From Nitrospirota bacterium (lineage in GTDB: Bacteria > Nitrospirota > UBA9217): 51,333 bases of DNA. Of this stretch, positions 1 to 7,457 are shown piece by piece (positions within the stretch are counted from its first letter, which is position 1; each line of letters begins with the position of its first letter). The DNA lies in NCBI GenBank assembly GCA_029858565.1, contig JAOUEV010000020.1, positions 1 to 51,333 of the forward strand, given 5' to 3'. The notes below the pieces were generated by a model. It had not been told where the DNA came from. It did not search any database and saw only the letters and a program-made list of their open reading frames with translations. A program made the position numbers and the translations under genes.

Positions 1-431
1 ACCTACACGCCAACCGTTCGCTGTGTAGTAGTCTATGTTTCAATCCTCGCCCCCCATTGCTGAGGGGCGCTACAGCCGGGCCTCTGCGTCTCTCAGCGTT
101 TCGTTGTTGTTTCAATCCTCGCCCCCCATTGCTGAGGGGCGCTACGGTCATTAACTTCCTCTGCGATCTTACCGACAGAGTTTCAATCCTCGCCCCCCAT
201 TGCTGAGGGGCGCTACATATCGGCGCTCATCGCCGCGCAAAGTTCCGTCCGGTTTCAATCCTCGCCCCCCATTGCTGAGGGGCGCTACGGTCATTGTCGG
301 CGCAGAGCGGCCTTGATTGCAATTGTTTCAATCCTCGCCCCCCATTGCTGAGGGGCGCTACGCGATTGGATCTCAAAGAAGGGAGATCCTCAAAGTTTCA
401 ATCCTCGCCCCCCATTGCTGAGGGGCGCTAC
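1..431 (-). CRISPR. Type I-C CRISPR array (truncated by left window edge): 6 full 37-bp repeats and 6 spacers of 33-36 bp
   Basis: Identical repeat gtttcaatcctcgccccccattgctgaggggcgctac at 37-73, 109-145, 180-216, 252-288, 325-361 and 395-431; bases 1-2 (ac) match a repeat end. The minus strand reads GTAGCGCCCCTCAGCAATGGGGGGCGAGGATTGAAAC, with an internal hairpin and the ATTGAAAC 3' end typical of I-C. Confidence 0.99.
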
Positions 432-597
432 TGCCACCTTCGATAGGTGACAGAATACAAACACTTACATCCCTTGTTCCACGAAAGGGATTTTCTTTTG
501 CCCGAGCAAAGCATCGCCGCTCCAAATACCTCCCAAACTGTTTGATTTTCCACGTCCGCGAAACTCCCGGCACTTTCTCCATCGCATCAGGTCCGCG
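432..597 (-). promoter_or_regulatory. CRISPR leader
   Basis: Non-coding, partly AT-rich segment between the cas2 stop and the first repeat; this sets the array orientation as minus. Confidence 0.8.
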
Positions 598-888
598 CTA
601 TACGATAAGCGGCTCGTCGAAAAAGACCGTCCGGCTCAAACCGTAGGTTTCACAATGCTGGTCCCTCGGCTCGGTAAGCCGGTAAAGCCTCAAATTATCT
701 TCCGAATCATCTATTTCTTTCAACAAACGGCGTCGAAGTTCTTCATACTTCATTTCATCGACCTGACACTCGAACACTGATTTCTGCACCCGTTGGCCGA
801 AATCCTTGCAAACCTGGGCTACTCTTCGCAGCCGCCGCCTGCCTGGCGCCTCTTCCGTTCGCACGTCGTAGGCAACGATGATCCACAT
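598..888 (-). CDS. cas2: CRISPR-associated endoribonuclease Cas2
   Basis: IIVAYDV...[24 protein letters not shown] motif; 96 aa; next to the array. Confidence 0.98.
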   Translation of the reverse strand: MWIIVAYDVRTEEAPGRRRLRRVAQVCKDFGQRVQKSVFECQVDEMKYEELRRRLLKEIDDSEDNLRLYRLTEPRDQHCETYGLSRTVFFDEPLIV

Positions 889-902
889 ATACCACCTCGA
901 TT

Positions 903-1937
903 CTATGAATACAAGAACGGAGTATACGCTTCGAGATCGCCCCGCAGATGCCGCGCGAGCAGGCGCGCCTGCACGTGCGGAAGCAGCCCGAAGGGTGTTT
1001 GCTCGTCGAGAACAGGGTGATGGAATTCTTCCTGTTTCCTTTTTTGGTACGCAACGACGACGGTTTTCCGCCCTTCGCCGTTCAGGTACGTAGCGCCGCC
1101 GGGACGAACCTCGAAGTCTTTTCCCGTTATCTGCTTCCTGTTGATGAGCGTCAGGGCGAGGCGGTCCGCCAGGAGCGCCCGAAGCTCTTCCATAAGGTCG
1201 AGTCCCAATGACGGCCTGCCCGGCCGGAGCGCGTGCAAAAAACCCATCTGCGAATCGAGACCCACGCCTTCGGCTGCCGACACGCAGTCGTGCAGGAGCA
1301 GCGTGTAAAGAAACGAGAGGAGGCCGTTGATCCGGTCGAGCGGCGGCCGGCGGCTTCTGCCGTTCATCCTGAAGTCGCGCCGGTCGTCTTCCTTTACCAT
1401 GAGATCGAACACCCCGAAATAGGCGTTCGCAGATTCGCCTTCATGGCCCCGGATCGCGTCGATATCAGGAGCGTCCTTCAGCCGGGCCAGCGCGCCCGCG
1501 AGTGTCTCCCCCGCCCGCCGGAGCGAATCGGACTCGGCAGGACTGCCGGTCTCCCGCGCGGCCCGCATCAGCACTTCGCGGCTGTTCCTTATTTTCCCCG
1601 CAACGATGTTCCGCGCGATCTCCTTTGCCTTCCCCTCGTCCCGGACGAACTCGTACTGCGCCTGCCGGAGCAGCACGTTGCCGCTTGTTTTGCCGACCAT
1701 GCGGCACTGAAATCGCCCGTTCCGGTCAAGAATCGCGACCGACCTGCCGTCATCCGCGCACCGGCCCAGGAGAAAGGGGCTGATCATGACATTTCCCATC
1801 ATGACGATGGAACTGAGATGGTGCAGCGGCACCTGAAGCTGATTCTTTCCCTCCACCTCGACCTTCAGGGTATCATGGTCGAGCGTAAGATAGGCCCCTT
1901 GCGTCATGACGTAGAGCGTGTTCAGAAGTTGCTTCAT
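903..1937 (-). CDS. cas1: CRISPR-associated endonuclease Cas1, type I-C
   Basis: [10 protein letters not shown] start, [34 protein letters not shown] motifs. Confidence 0.98.
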   Translation of the reverse strand: MKQLLNTLYVMTQGAYLTLDHDTLKVEVEGKNQLQVPLHHLSSIVMMGNVMISPFLLGRCADDGRSVAILDRNGRFQCRMVGKTSGNVLLRQAQYEFVRDEGKAKEIARNIVAGKIRNSREVLMRAARETGSPAESDSLRRAGETLAGALARLKDAPDIDAIRGHEGESANAYFGVFDLMVKEDDRRDFRMNGRSRRPPLDRINGLLSFLYTLLLHDCVSAAEGVGLDSQMGFLHALRPGRPSLGLDLMEELRALLADRLALTLINRKQITGKDFEVRPGGATYLNGEGRKTVVVAYQKRKQEEFHHPVLDEQTPFGLLPHVQARLLARHLRGDLEAYTPFLYS

Positions 1938-1961
1938 GGTTCACCTCATGCCGAAAGCCTC

Positions 1962-1990
1962 TTGACAGCCCGAAGCATTTGCATTACCAT
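1962..1990 (+). promoter_or_regulatory. Putative sigma70 promoter of the AbrB-VapC operon
   Basis: TTGACA (1962-1967), 17 nt, TACCAT (1985-1990), followed by cttact/cttacc direct repeats and a GGAG RBS before ATG 2026. Confidence 0.6.
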
Positions 1991-2025
1991 AGTCTTACTT
2001 ATTTCTTACCTTTTGGAGACGCGCC

Positions 2026-2289
2026 ATGTTGACCACGAAACTCTCAAGCAAAGGCCAGGTCATCATTCCCAAGGAGATCCGCAGCCGCCACCACTGGGAG
2101 CCGGGACAGGAACTTCAGGCCATCGACACGGACGACGGGCTTCTGCTCAGACCGGCGTCCCCCTTCCCGGAAACCACCCTGAAGGAGGTGGCTTCCTGTC
2201 TTGCATACTCCGGCAAGCCGAAAACGGTCGAAGAGATGGAAGAGGCCATCAAAAGAGGCGCGCGGAGCATGAAACGTGAACGGCGTTGA
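2026..2289 (+). CDS. AbrB/MazE/SpoVT-family antitoxin
   Basis: TTKLSSKGQVIIPKEIR swapped-hairpin motif; 87 aa; overlaps the PIN gene. Confidence 0.93.
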   Translation: MLTTKLSSKGQVIIPKEIRSRHHWEPGQELQAIDTDDGLLLRPASPFPETTLKEVASCLAYSGKPKTVEEMEEAIKRGARSMKRERR

Positions 2290-2665
2290 CACCAATGTCA
2301 TTGTCCGCCTCCTGACCGGAGACGAGCCTGCGCAATCGGAAAAAGCCCGCGCGATCCTCAGGAAGCCCGACATGTTCCTTCCTGACACGGTCATGATGGA
2401 ATCCGAATGGGTCCTGCGCCATGCCTATGGCTTCGAGCCGGCGGCGATCCACGAAGCATTCATCAGACTGTGCGGCCTGCCGAATATCATCCTTCCGAAT
2501 CCCCACCGGATGCTCACGGCCCTGCAGTGGTACGCCGCCGGCATGGATTTCGCCGACGCGCTTCATCTTGCCGCAAGCCAGGCCTGCGGAACGTTCTATT
2601 CCTTCGACCGCAAGCTTGTTCGGAAAGCCGCGGGGCGCGGGCAGTGCGCGGTGAAGGAGCCGTAA
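2276..2665 (+). CDS. vapC: PIN-domain (VapC-family) toxin
   Basis: VDTNVIVR, E, DFADALH and SFDRKL acidic PIN motifs. Confidence 0.93.
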   Translation: MNGVDTNVIVRLLTGDEPAQSEKARAILRKPDMFLPDTVMMESEWVLRHAYGFEPAAIHEAFIRLCGLPNIILPNPHRMLTALQWYAAGMDFADALHLAASQACGTFYSFDRKLVRKAAGRGQCAVKEP

Positions 2666-2668
2666 AAA

Positions 2669-3283
2669 TCACTTATCCCGGCATTCAAACAACTCCGTTA
2701 CCGTCTTTCTGTTCCCCTCCCTATTCCCCGCCACATAAGGCATACACGCATCCCTGAGCGAACAATCCCGGCACCGTTCATCGTTCACCGGAGGAGGAAT
2801 GCAATTGCCGGAGATCATCCGATGCACCTTTTCGGCGATCTTTTCCACCTGCTCTTTCAGCGAAGCGGTCAAAGCGATTTCTTTCCGCTCCCGAGAACCG
2901 TGCCAGTAAAGAGCGCCTCTTTCCACCGACACACCGAACATTTCCTCAAGACAGACAGCCTGGGCGCAGAGCTGAAGCGCTTCCGAATGCCCTCGCCGCC
3001 GGCGACCGGACTTATACTCCACAGGATAAGGAACGTTCCCGTGAAATTCCACCACATCGGCTTTCCCCGTAAGATTCAGCCTCTTCGACCAGATCGGCAG
3101 CGCCCGTTCCACGCGCACACCCGCTTCAACACGCGACGTCGCCTCATCCACGCGCTCATGCGTATCGCGCCCGCGCATGGTGTAGACGTTCTCGTCCCAC
3201 ACGTGCTCAACATGGATCAACGCGCACTGGCGGGGGCAGTAGCTGTAGTGCTCCAGGGCGGAGACCATTATTGGTTCTTCCAT
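2669..3283 (-). CDS. cas4: CRISPR-associated exonuclease Cas4 (start 3283 or 3298)
   Basis: YCPRQ, GKADVVE, PVEYK, QLCAQAVCLEEM and C-terminal CxxCxxxxxC Fe-S ligands. Confidence 0.97.
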   Translation of the reverse strand: MEEPIMVSALEHYSYCPRQCALIHVEHVWDENVYTMRGRDTHERVDEATSRVEAGVRVERALPIWSKRLNLTGKADVVEFHGNVPYPVEYKSGRRRRGHSEALQLCAQAVCLEEMFGVSVERGALYWHGSRERKEIALTASLKEQVEKIAEKVHRMISGNCIPPPVNDERCRDCSLRDACMPYVAGNREGNRKTVTELFECRDK

Positions 3284-3288
3284 GGCTT

Positions 3289-3320
3289 TATAGGTCATAT
3301 AGGCCTTATACGACTTATAC
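3289..3320. repeat. Degenerate 9-nt tandem repeats (TATAGGNCY) at the four-helix-bundle/cas4 junction
   Basis: tataggtca-tataggcct-tatacgact-tatac; a second tract lies inside the gene at 3488-3517. Confidence 0.7.
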
Positions 3321-3884
3321 TTTCTTTTTCCTGCTTTCAGTCCTCGCCTTGTACAACCGCTCGGTAAAGCCTCCGTCTTTCAAGAAGGCTTTTTCCAAAG
3401 CGCGAAGCTGCTGGTCCAGCAGATAGTTTGTTTGGTGGACCAGGCAGACCATTGCATTCGCCGCAATCTCGGGCGGCGAAGCCTCGATATAGGCCTTATA
3501 AGTCTCATAGGACCTATCTTTGCTGTGCGCCAATTTGCGCACAGCAAGTGCTTGATCATGCTCTTTCCCCCACAACGATAACTTCTTCTGGCGCAGGAAG
3601 TCCTTGTAATCGATCAGAAGTTCCTCCAGACTCGCCCGAGCGACGCCGACGAGTTTCAATTCGGTTTTCTTGGATGTCCCTGAGGCCATGCTCCCTTCGG
3701 CGATGTTCTGCTTGCCGCTCCGCGCAGCCTGCACCATCTGGTCGTGCGTGCGGGAGCGCTTGTCGATGAACCGGTCGCAGAACACGATGGTCCCGTCGTA
3801 CACGATCTCGGCCATCCTGTACGACTGCAGCTCCGCGTATCCGCCGTGCGGAGGGATGAGGTTGGGGGTGTCGGGGGAGGTCAT
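3315..3884 (-). CDS. Four-helix-bundle protein (23S rRNA-IVP/bAvd-like, 'suffix domain' type)
   Basis: LIPPHGGY, RTHDQMVQAARSGKQNIAEGS, ARASLEELLIDYKDFL and GGFTERLY motifs; AAGGAG RBS before ATG 3884. Confidence 0.88.
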   Translation of the reverse strand: MTSPDTPNLIPPHGGYAELQSYRMAEIVYDGTIVFCDRFIDKRSRTHDQMVQAARSGKQNIAEGSMASGTSKKTELKLVGVARASLEELLIDYKDFLRQKKLSLWGKEHDQALAVRKLAHSKDRSYETYKAYIEASPPEIAANAMVCLVHQTNYLLDQQLRALEKAFLKDGGFTERLYKARTESRKKKV

Positions 3885-3904
3885 AGTTGCTCCTTGAATA
3901 GTGC

Positions 3905-4801
3905 CTACACGCCGTCTATTATCTCGGGTTTCGGCCAACTTCCAGTTGTATCATTAGGACCTTTTCCAGGTTCAAAGGAGAGCAGGCCGTTTAGATCATC
4001 GGTATCATTCACGGTTAGGCTCCTATGAACCTTGGCAGAAGAGGCCTGTCCGCTCGTAGAACTGTGCTGCCACCAAATCACCTTCAGCACTTCCATACTT
4101 CCTTCCGGGCGAGCTGATGATGCATCATTCTCAAATAATCTCGGAAGGACGGCCTTTATGGTTGCAGCATCGTCATCGTTAAAGCCGGTCTTGGCGGATA
4201 AATGGGGATTCATGCTGCCGTAAAAGACGTAAATACCGCGATCCACGCGATGCTTCATTCCCATCGTGTCTGATCCACGTTTGGTCCCGTCTCCTTCGCT
4301 GCTTACGCTCTTAGTGATCTGAATCGGCGTAACTTCCACCCTCGAAAGACTGAAGGCCGGCTGGATGCTGACAGGGCCACGAATACCGATTGATTGCCCC
4401 TTATCTTCTCCGGTTTCCTCGCTATCTTTATCTTTGGATTTGCTTTTCTTAGAGCTGGCTGCTTTAAAAGCAAAGAGCTGTCCAAATGCTCGAACGTCAA
4501 ACCACGTTGCACAAGCCTTTTTCGCTTTATCGTCAGGTAACTTATGACCGCTCAGAACTTCATCCGCCCGTGCCTTCAGGCTCGGGTGTTTATCAATCTT
4601 GTTGTCATCTGACTGAACAAATATAGGTTGCCCCGCTTCCATCAACCGGTTACGAACCTTTCGTTTGATGCAAACGTCTGAAACCTCGCCGTTTCCTTCG
4701 TAGACCGTGCGCGGACGATTACCATTGAGCGGATCGCCATTAGGATTTGCATTGACAACTTTAAAAACGACTGCAAAATCAATTTTCTTTGACAGGCTCA
4801 T
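3905..4801 (-). CDS. cas7: Type I-C Cas7 (Csd2)
   Basis: NANPNGDPLNGNRPR, SDVCIKRKVRN, FDVRAFG, TMGMKH and SSARPEG motifs. Confidence 0.97.
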   Translation of the reverse strand: MSLSKKIDFAVVFKVVNANPNGDPLNGNRPRTVYEGNGEVSDVCIKRKVRNRLMEAGQPIFVQSDDNKIDKHPSLKARADEVLSGHKLPDDKAKKACATWFDVRAFGQLFAFKAASSKKSKSKDKDSEETGEDKGQSIGIRGPVSIQPAFSLSRVEVTPIQITKSVSSEGDGTKRGSDTMGMKHRVDRGIYVFYGSMNPHLSAKTGFNDDDAATIKAVLPRLFENDASSARPEGSMEVLKVIWWQHSSTSGQASSAKVHRSLTVNDTDDLNGLLSFEPGKGPNDTTGSWPKPEIIDGV

Positions 4802-4827
4802 ATACGTTCTCCTTTTGAAGGTTTGAG

Positions 4828-5244
4828 TTAATGCCCTGAATCTTCGATTTTGCCATCGGGGTCAGTTGTGGCGTTATTTGACACATTAACAACAGGTGGC
4901 TTCAGTGCGGCCCGTTGGCAGTGGTAGCCGAGGAGAAACTCGCCGCTTAACTTATCATCTCTTAAAAATTCTTCCGGGGGATCGAACTTGCAGTGAACAC
5001 CGTCTATCAGCGCCAGCATCTTATTAGCTTTCCCGCCCAACCTGTTCTTATAAGGTACGAGTGCAAGCTCTATTGTCCGCCAAGTGCTGTAGGGATGTTC
5101 GGCAAAACGCTGCATCATCCTTTCGGCATTGGTAGGTCTTCTCTCGCTTGCTTCTTTCAAAGCCCATCGCTCCAGGTTCTCCGACAATGCCAACAACCTG
5201 CCGTACAAATAATCACGTGTATTGCGATCCTCGTCCAGCGCCAT
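4828..5244 (-). CDS. cas11: Cas11c small subunit, from an internal in-frame translation start within cas8c (138 aa)
   Basis: AAGGAGG-8nt-ATG on the minus strand, in frame at MALDEDRNTRDYLYGRLLA; internal Cas11 starts are established for I-C Cas8c. Confidence 0.8.
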   Translation of the reverse strand: MALDEDRNTRDYLYGRLLALSENLERWALKEASERRPTNAERMMQRFAEHPYSTWRTIELALVPYKNRLGGKANKMLALIDGVHCKFDPPEEFLRDDKLSGEFLLGYHCQRAALKPPVVNVSNNATTDPDGKIEDSGH

Positions 5245-6759
5245 ACTGAATCCCTCCTTTTCGTTCAGCTTTCTATAAAGCGCACAGGCTATTCCCAGTG
5301 CTTTTTCCCACTCCCAATACTCTATGCCGTTCCGACTGCTTGCACGTCGGATGCAGGACTCTACCAGATCACGCGGAATTGGCGCAGCATCCACAATGCA
5401 CGGAAGCAGACGTGTTATTGTTGCTTTTTTCAATTTCTCGTCAACCCTTCTGCCGTATGCGACTTCCGCTATGTCTCGAGGCGCCGGTGCGCCGTAGAAT
5501 ATCCTGTCTTTTCCGAAATACTGCTGCCAGCTACAGCCGGTATGCCATGATTCAATCCGCTTGAGAAATTCAGAACCGGTCAATTCACGATAATAGTTGA
5601 TCGACATCCGTCCTGGGGTCGCCGCATCAAGCGCCATTACAACGACGTTACTCGTATTCCCAAGCCTTGCAGAGTATCCCGCTATCAGTTTAGCAAGCTG
5701 ATTTCCAATATGTTCTGCTGTATAAACGATTTCCTCTTGTTCACTCTCTTCTGCCGTTCCAAGTACAAGCGATAAAGTATCAGCCAACGGATCAGGCACT
5801 TTTACACCGGTAACTGCCCAAGCGACAAATGACCGTTCTATACCACGCTTGCCTTGTCGGGCAATTAGCCACCTGAGAGCACTGTGCGCTTCTTGTGTCA
5901 CCTTAAAGCCAACCCCGCAAGCTTCGTCAGCTGTTGTGAAGCGTCCTAAGAACGTAAAACCGCAACCGTCATCTACTTTGTCTTTGCCATCCTTCCCGGC
6001 TGTCTTCCCTGACGAAATCAGCTTTGCCTTGTCACCATCATTCCGAATTTTAGACGGATGTTGAGTTGCGAGGTCGGTCTTAATCCCGGTGACATAGCAC
6101 ATCCCCTTACGAGATTCCAAACTGCAATAATACAACTCCCAAGACTTCCACAAGCTCCGATCGCTCCAAACATCTGATTGTGGATGCCCGGGACGTTCTA
6201 CGCGCCATCTGACAAATGCATCAGCTTGCCAGCTCTCACCTGCCAGTTGATTGAAGATTTCGGGCTTATCTCTTGTTTCAGGCCATTCAGCCAAAAGTTT
6301 TGAGGTTTCTTTATCAACATGGAGCACTGCGGCCTTTACAAGATCGGCAATAATCATCTTCTTAGCGACATATGCTGTAATTGCCTTTAGCTTCCATTGT
6401 TTACTATCAGACTCGAACCATTTGTTTAAAAGTTCATAATACTTTTCGAAGCAAGCCTCTTTTTCTCCGCCAAATGATTCATAGTCCCCAGCAACATATT
6501 GAAGCTTGTCGCACAAGGGATGCGGTGTTGTTCCTCTCGTTCGACCAGCAGATTTTTCAGTTGCTGGAATAATCGTTCGCGCCTCAGCTTTCTGAACAAC
6601 AGAAGCTCCAAGAAAATTGCCAGAGGTATCAATTGTAATTGTTACATGGGCATTCTGTGTCGTATGGCAAATCGGCAATAATGGCACCGCGTCTTTCGGA
6701 TCGCCGATTGCTGCAATATTGTTCTCATACGTCTGATACAGCTTCTCAATCCAACTCAT
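4828..6759 (-). CDS. cas8c: Type I-C Cas8c (Csd1) large subunit
   Basis: SWIEKLYQTY start, PHPLCDKLQYVAG, CYVTG, AKLISS, ATPGRMSI, YLYGRLLA and FLLGYHCQ motifs. Confidence 0.96.
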   Translation of the reverse strand: MSWIEKLYQTYENNIAAIGDPKDAVPLLPICHTTQNAHVTITIDTSGNFLGASVVQKAEARTIIPATEKSAGRTRGTTPHPLCDKLQYVAGDYESFGGEKEACFEKYYELLNKWFESDSKQWKLKAITAYVAKKMIIADLVKAAVLHVDKETSKLLAEWPETRDKPEIFNQLAGESWQADAFVRWRVERPGHPQSDVWSDRSLWKSWELYYCSLESRKGMCYVTGIKTDLATQHPSKIRNDGDKAKLISSGKTAGKDGKDKVDDGCGFTFLGRFTTADEACGVGFKVTQEAHSALRWLIARQGKRGIERSFVAWAVTGVKVPDPLADTLSLVLGTAEESEQEEIVYTAEHIGNQLAKLIAGYSARLGNTSNVVVMALDAATPGRMSINYYRELTGSEFLKRIESWHTGCSWQQYFGKDRIFYGAPAPRDIAEVAYGRRVDEKLKKATITRLLPCIVDAAPIPRDLVESCIRRASSRNGIEYWEWEKALGIACALYRKLNEKEGFSMALDEDRNTRDYLYGRLLALSENLERWALKEASERRPTNAERMMQRFAEHPYSTWRTIELALVPYKNRLGGKANKMLALIDGVHCKFDPPEEFLRDDKLSGEFLLGYHCQRAALKPPVVNVSNNATTDPDGKIEDSGH

Positions 6760-7447
6760 CGAGCAGCCCCTCCTCTTTCAGCCCTTGGGAACTGGGCGGA
6801 TTGGGTATCATCTCTCGTACAAATTTGCGCACCGGGCAGTCTTCCGGCTTTACGAATTCTACGATCCCGTTCTTCATAACCGGACGCCAGAACCTACTGT
6901 GCAGCTCTTTAGTACCCGTCTCGTCAGGATAATCGAAACCATGAAACATTAAACCATAGGCCAGTTCGCCCGGCTCGTCGTACTCGCCTTTTCCCTCGCC
7001 AAACGTGCAGGGCTCGGCATACCCCTGACACTCCCGGGTGCCGAGAAATATATCCTGCCGTCCTCCTTTTTCAACCATACGGCGGGCAACATGCCAGTGC
7101 TTATCGGTATCGCGATCACTTTCCAGATCTTTTCTATGCATATTCCACTCAAAATGCGCTTGTATCTGATACTCCACATCAGCGAGATATGTGTAGTTCG
7201 CCAATGAGTTGCCGCCGCTGAAAACCAACGGCTTCACACTCTTCGCCTGCGTGCGGATTCTTCGCATGATCCGCGCTTTGTCAATGACCCATATGAACGT
7301 CGGCTTCCAGTAGATGGATTTAGCGATTCCCTTGAGTGCTTCATACGTCGGAATATGATAGGAACATTTTTCACCGCCGATCTTGGTCAGTGGATCGGTA
7401 AAGAGCGCAAAACGGCCGGATACCTTAAAGTCGATCCGTGTCCTCAT
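6746..7447 (-). CDS. cas5: Type I-C Cas5 (Cas5d, pre-crRNA processing)
   Basis: ALFTDP, EKCSYHIPTYEALKGI, IYWKP and IFLGTREC motifs. Confidence 0.97.
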   Translation of the reverse strand: MRTRIDFKVSGRFALFTDPLTKIGGEKCSYHIPTYEALKGIAKSIYWKPTFIWVIDKARIMRRIRTQAKSVKPLVFSGGNSLANYTYLADVEYQIQAHFEWNMHRKDLESDRDTDKHWHVARRMVEKGGRQDIFLGTRECQGYAEPCTFGEGKGEYDEPGELAYGLMFHGFDYPDETGTKELHSRFWRPVMKNGIVEFVKPEDCPVRKFVREMIPNPPSSQGLKEEGLLDELD

Positions 7448-7457
7448 GTTCGCCTCC

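Noticed and set aside
373-582. 69-aa ORF over the leader and first repeat
   Set aside because: Runs through the CRISPR leader and repeat; not a credible protein.
3315-3884. Diversity-generating retroelement suggested by the Avd-like fold
   Set aside because: No reverse transcriptase and no TR/VR repeat pair with adenine-specific mismatches seen.
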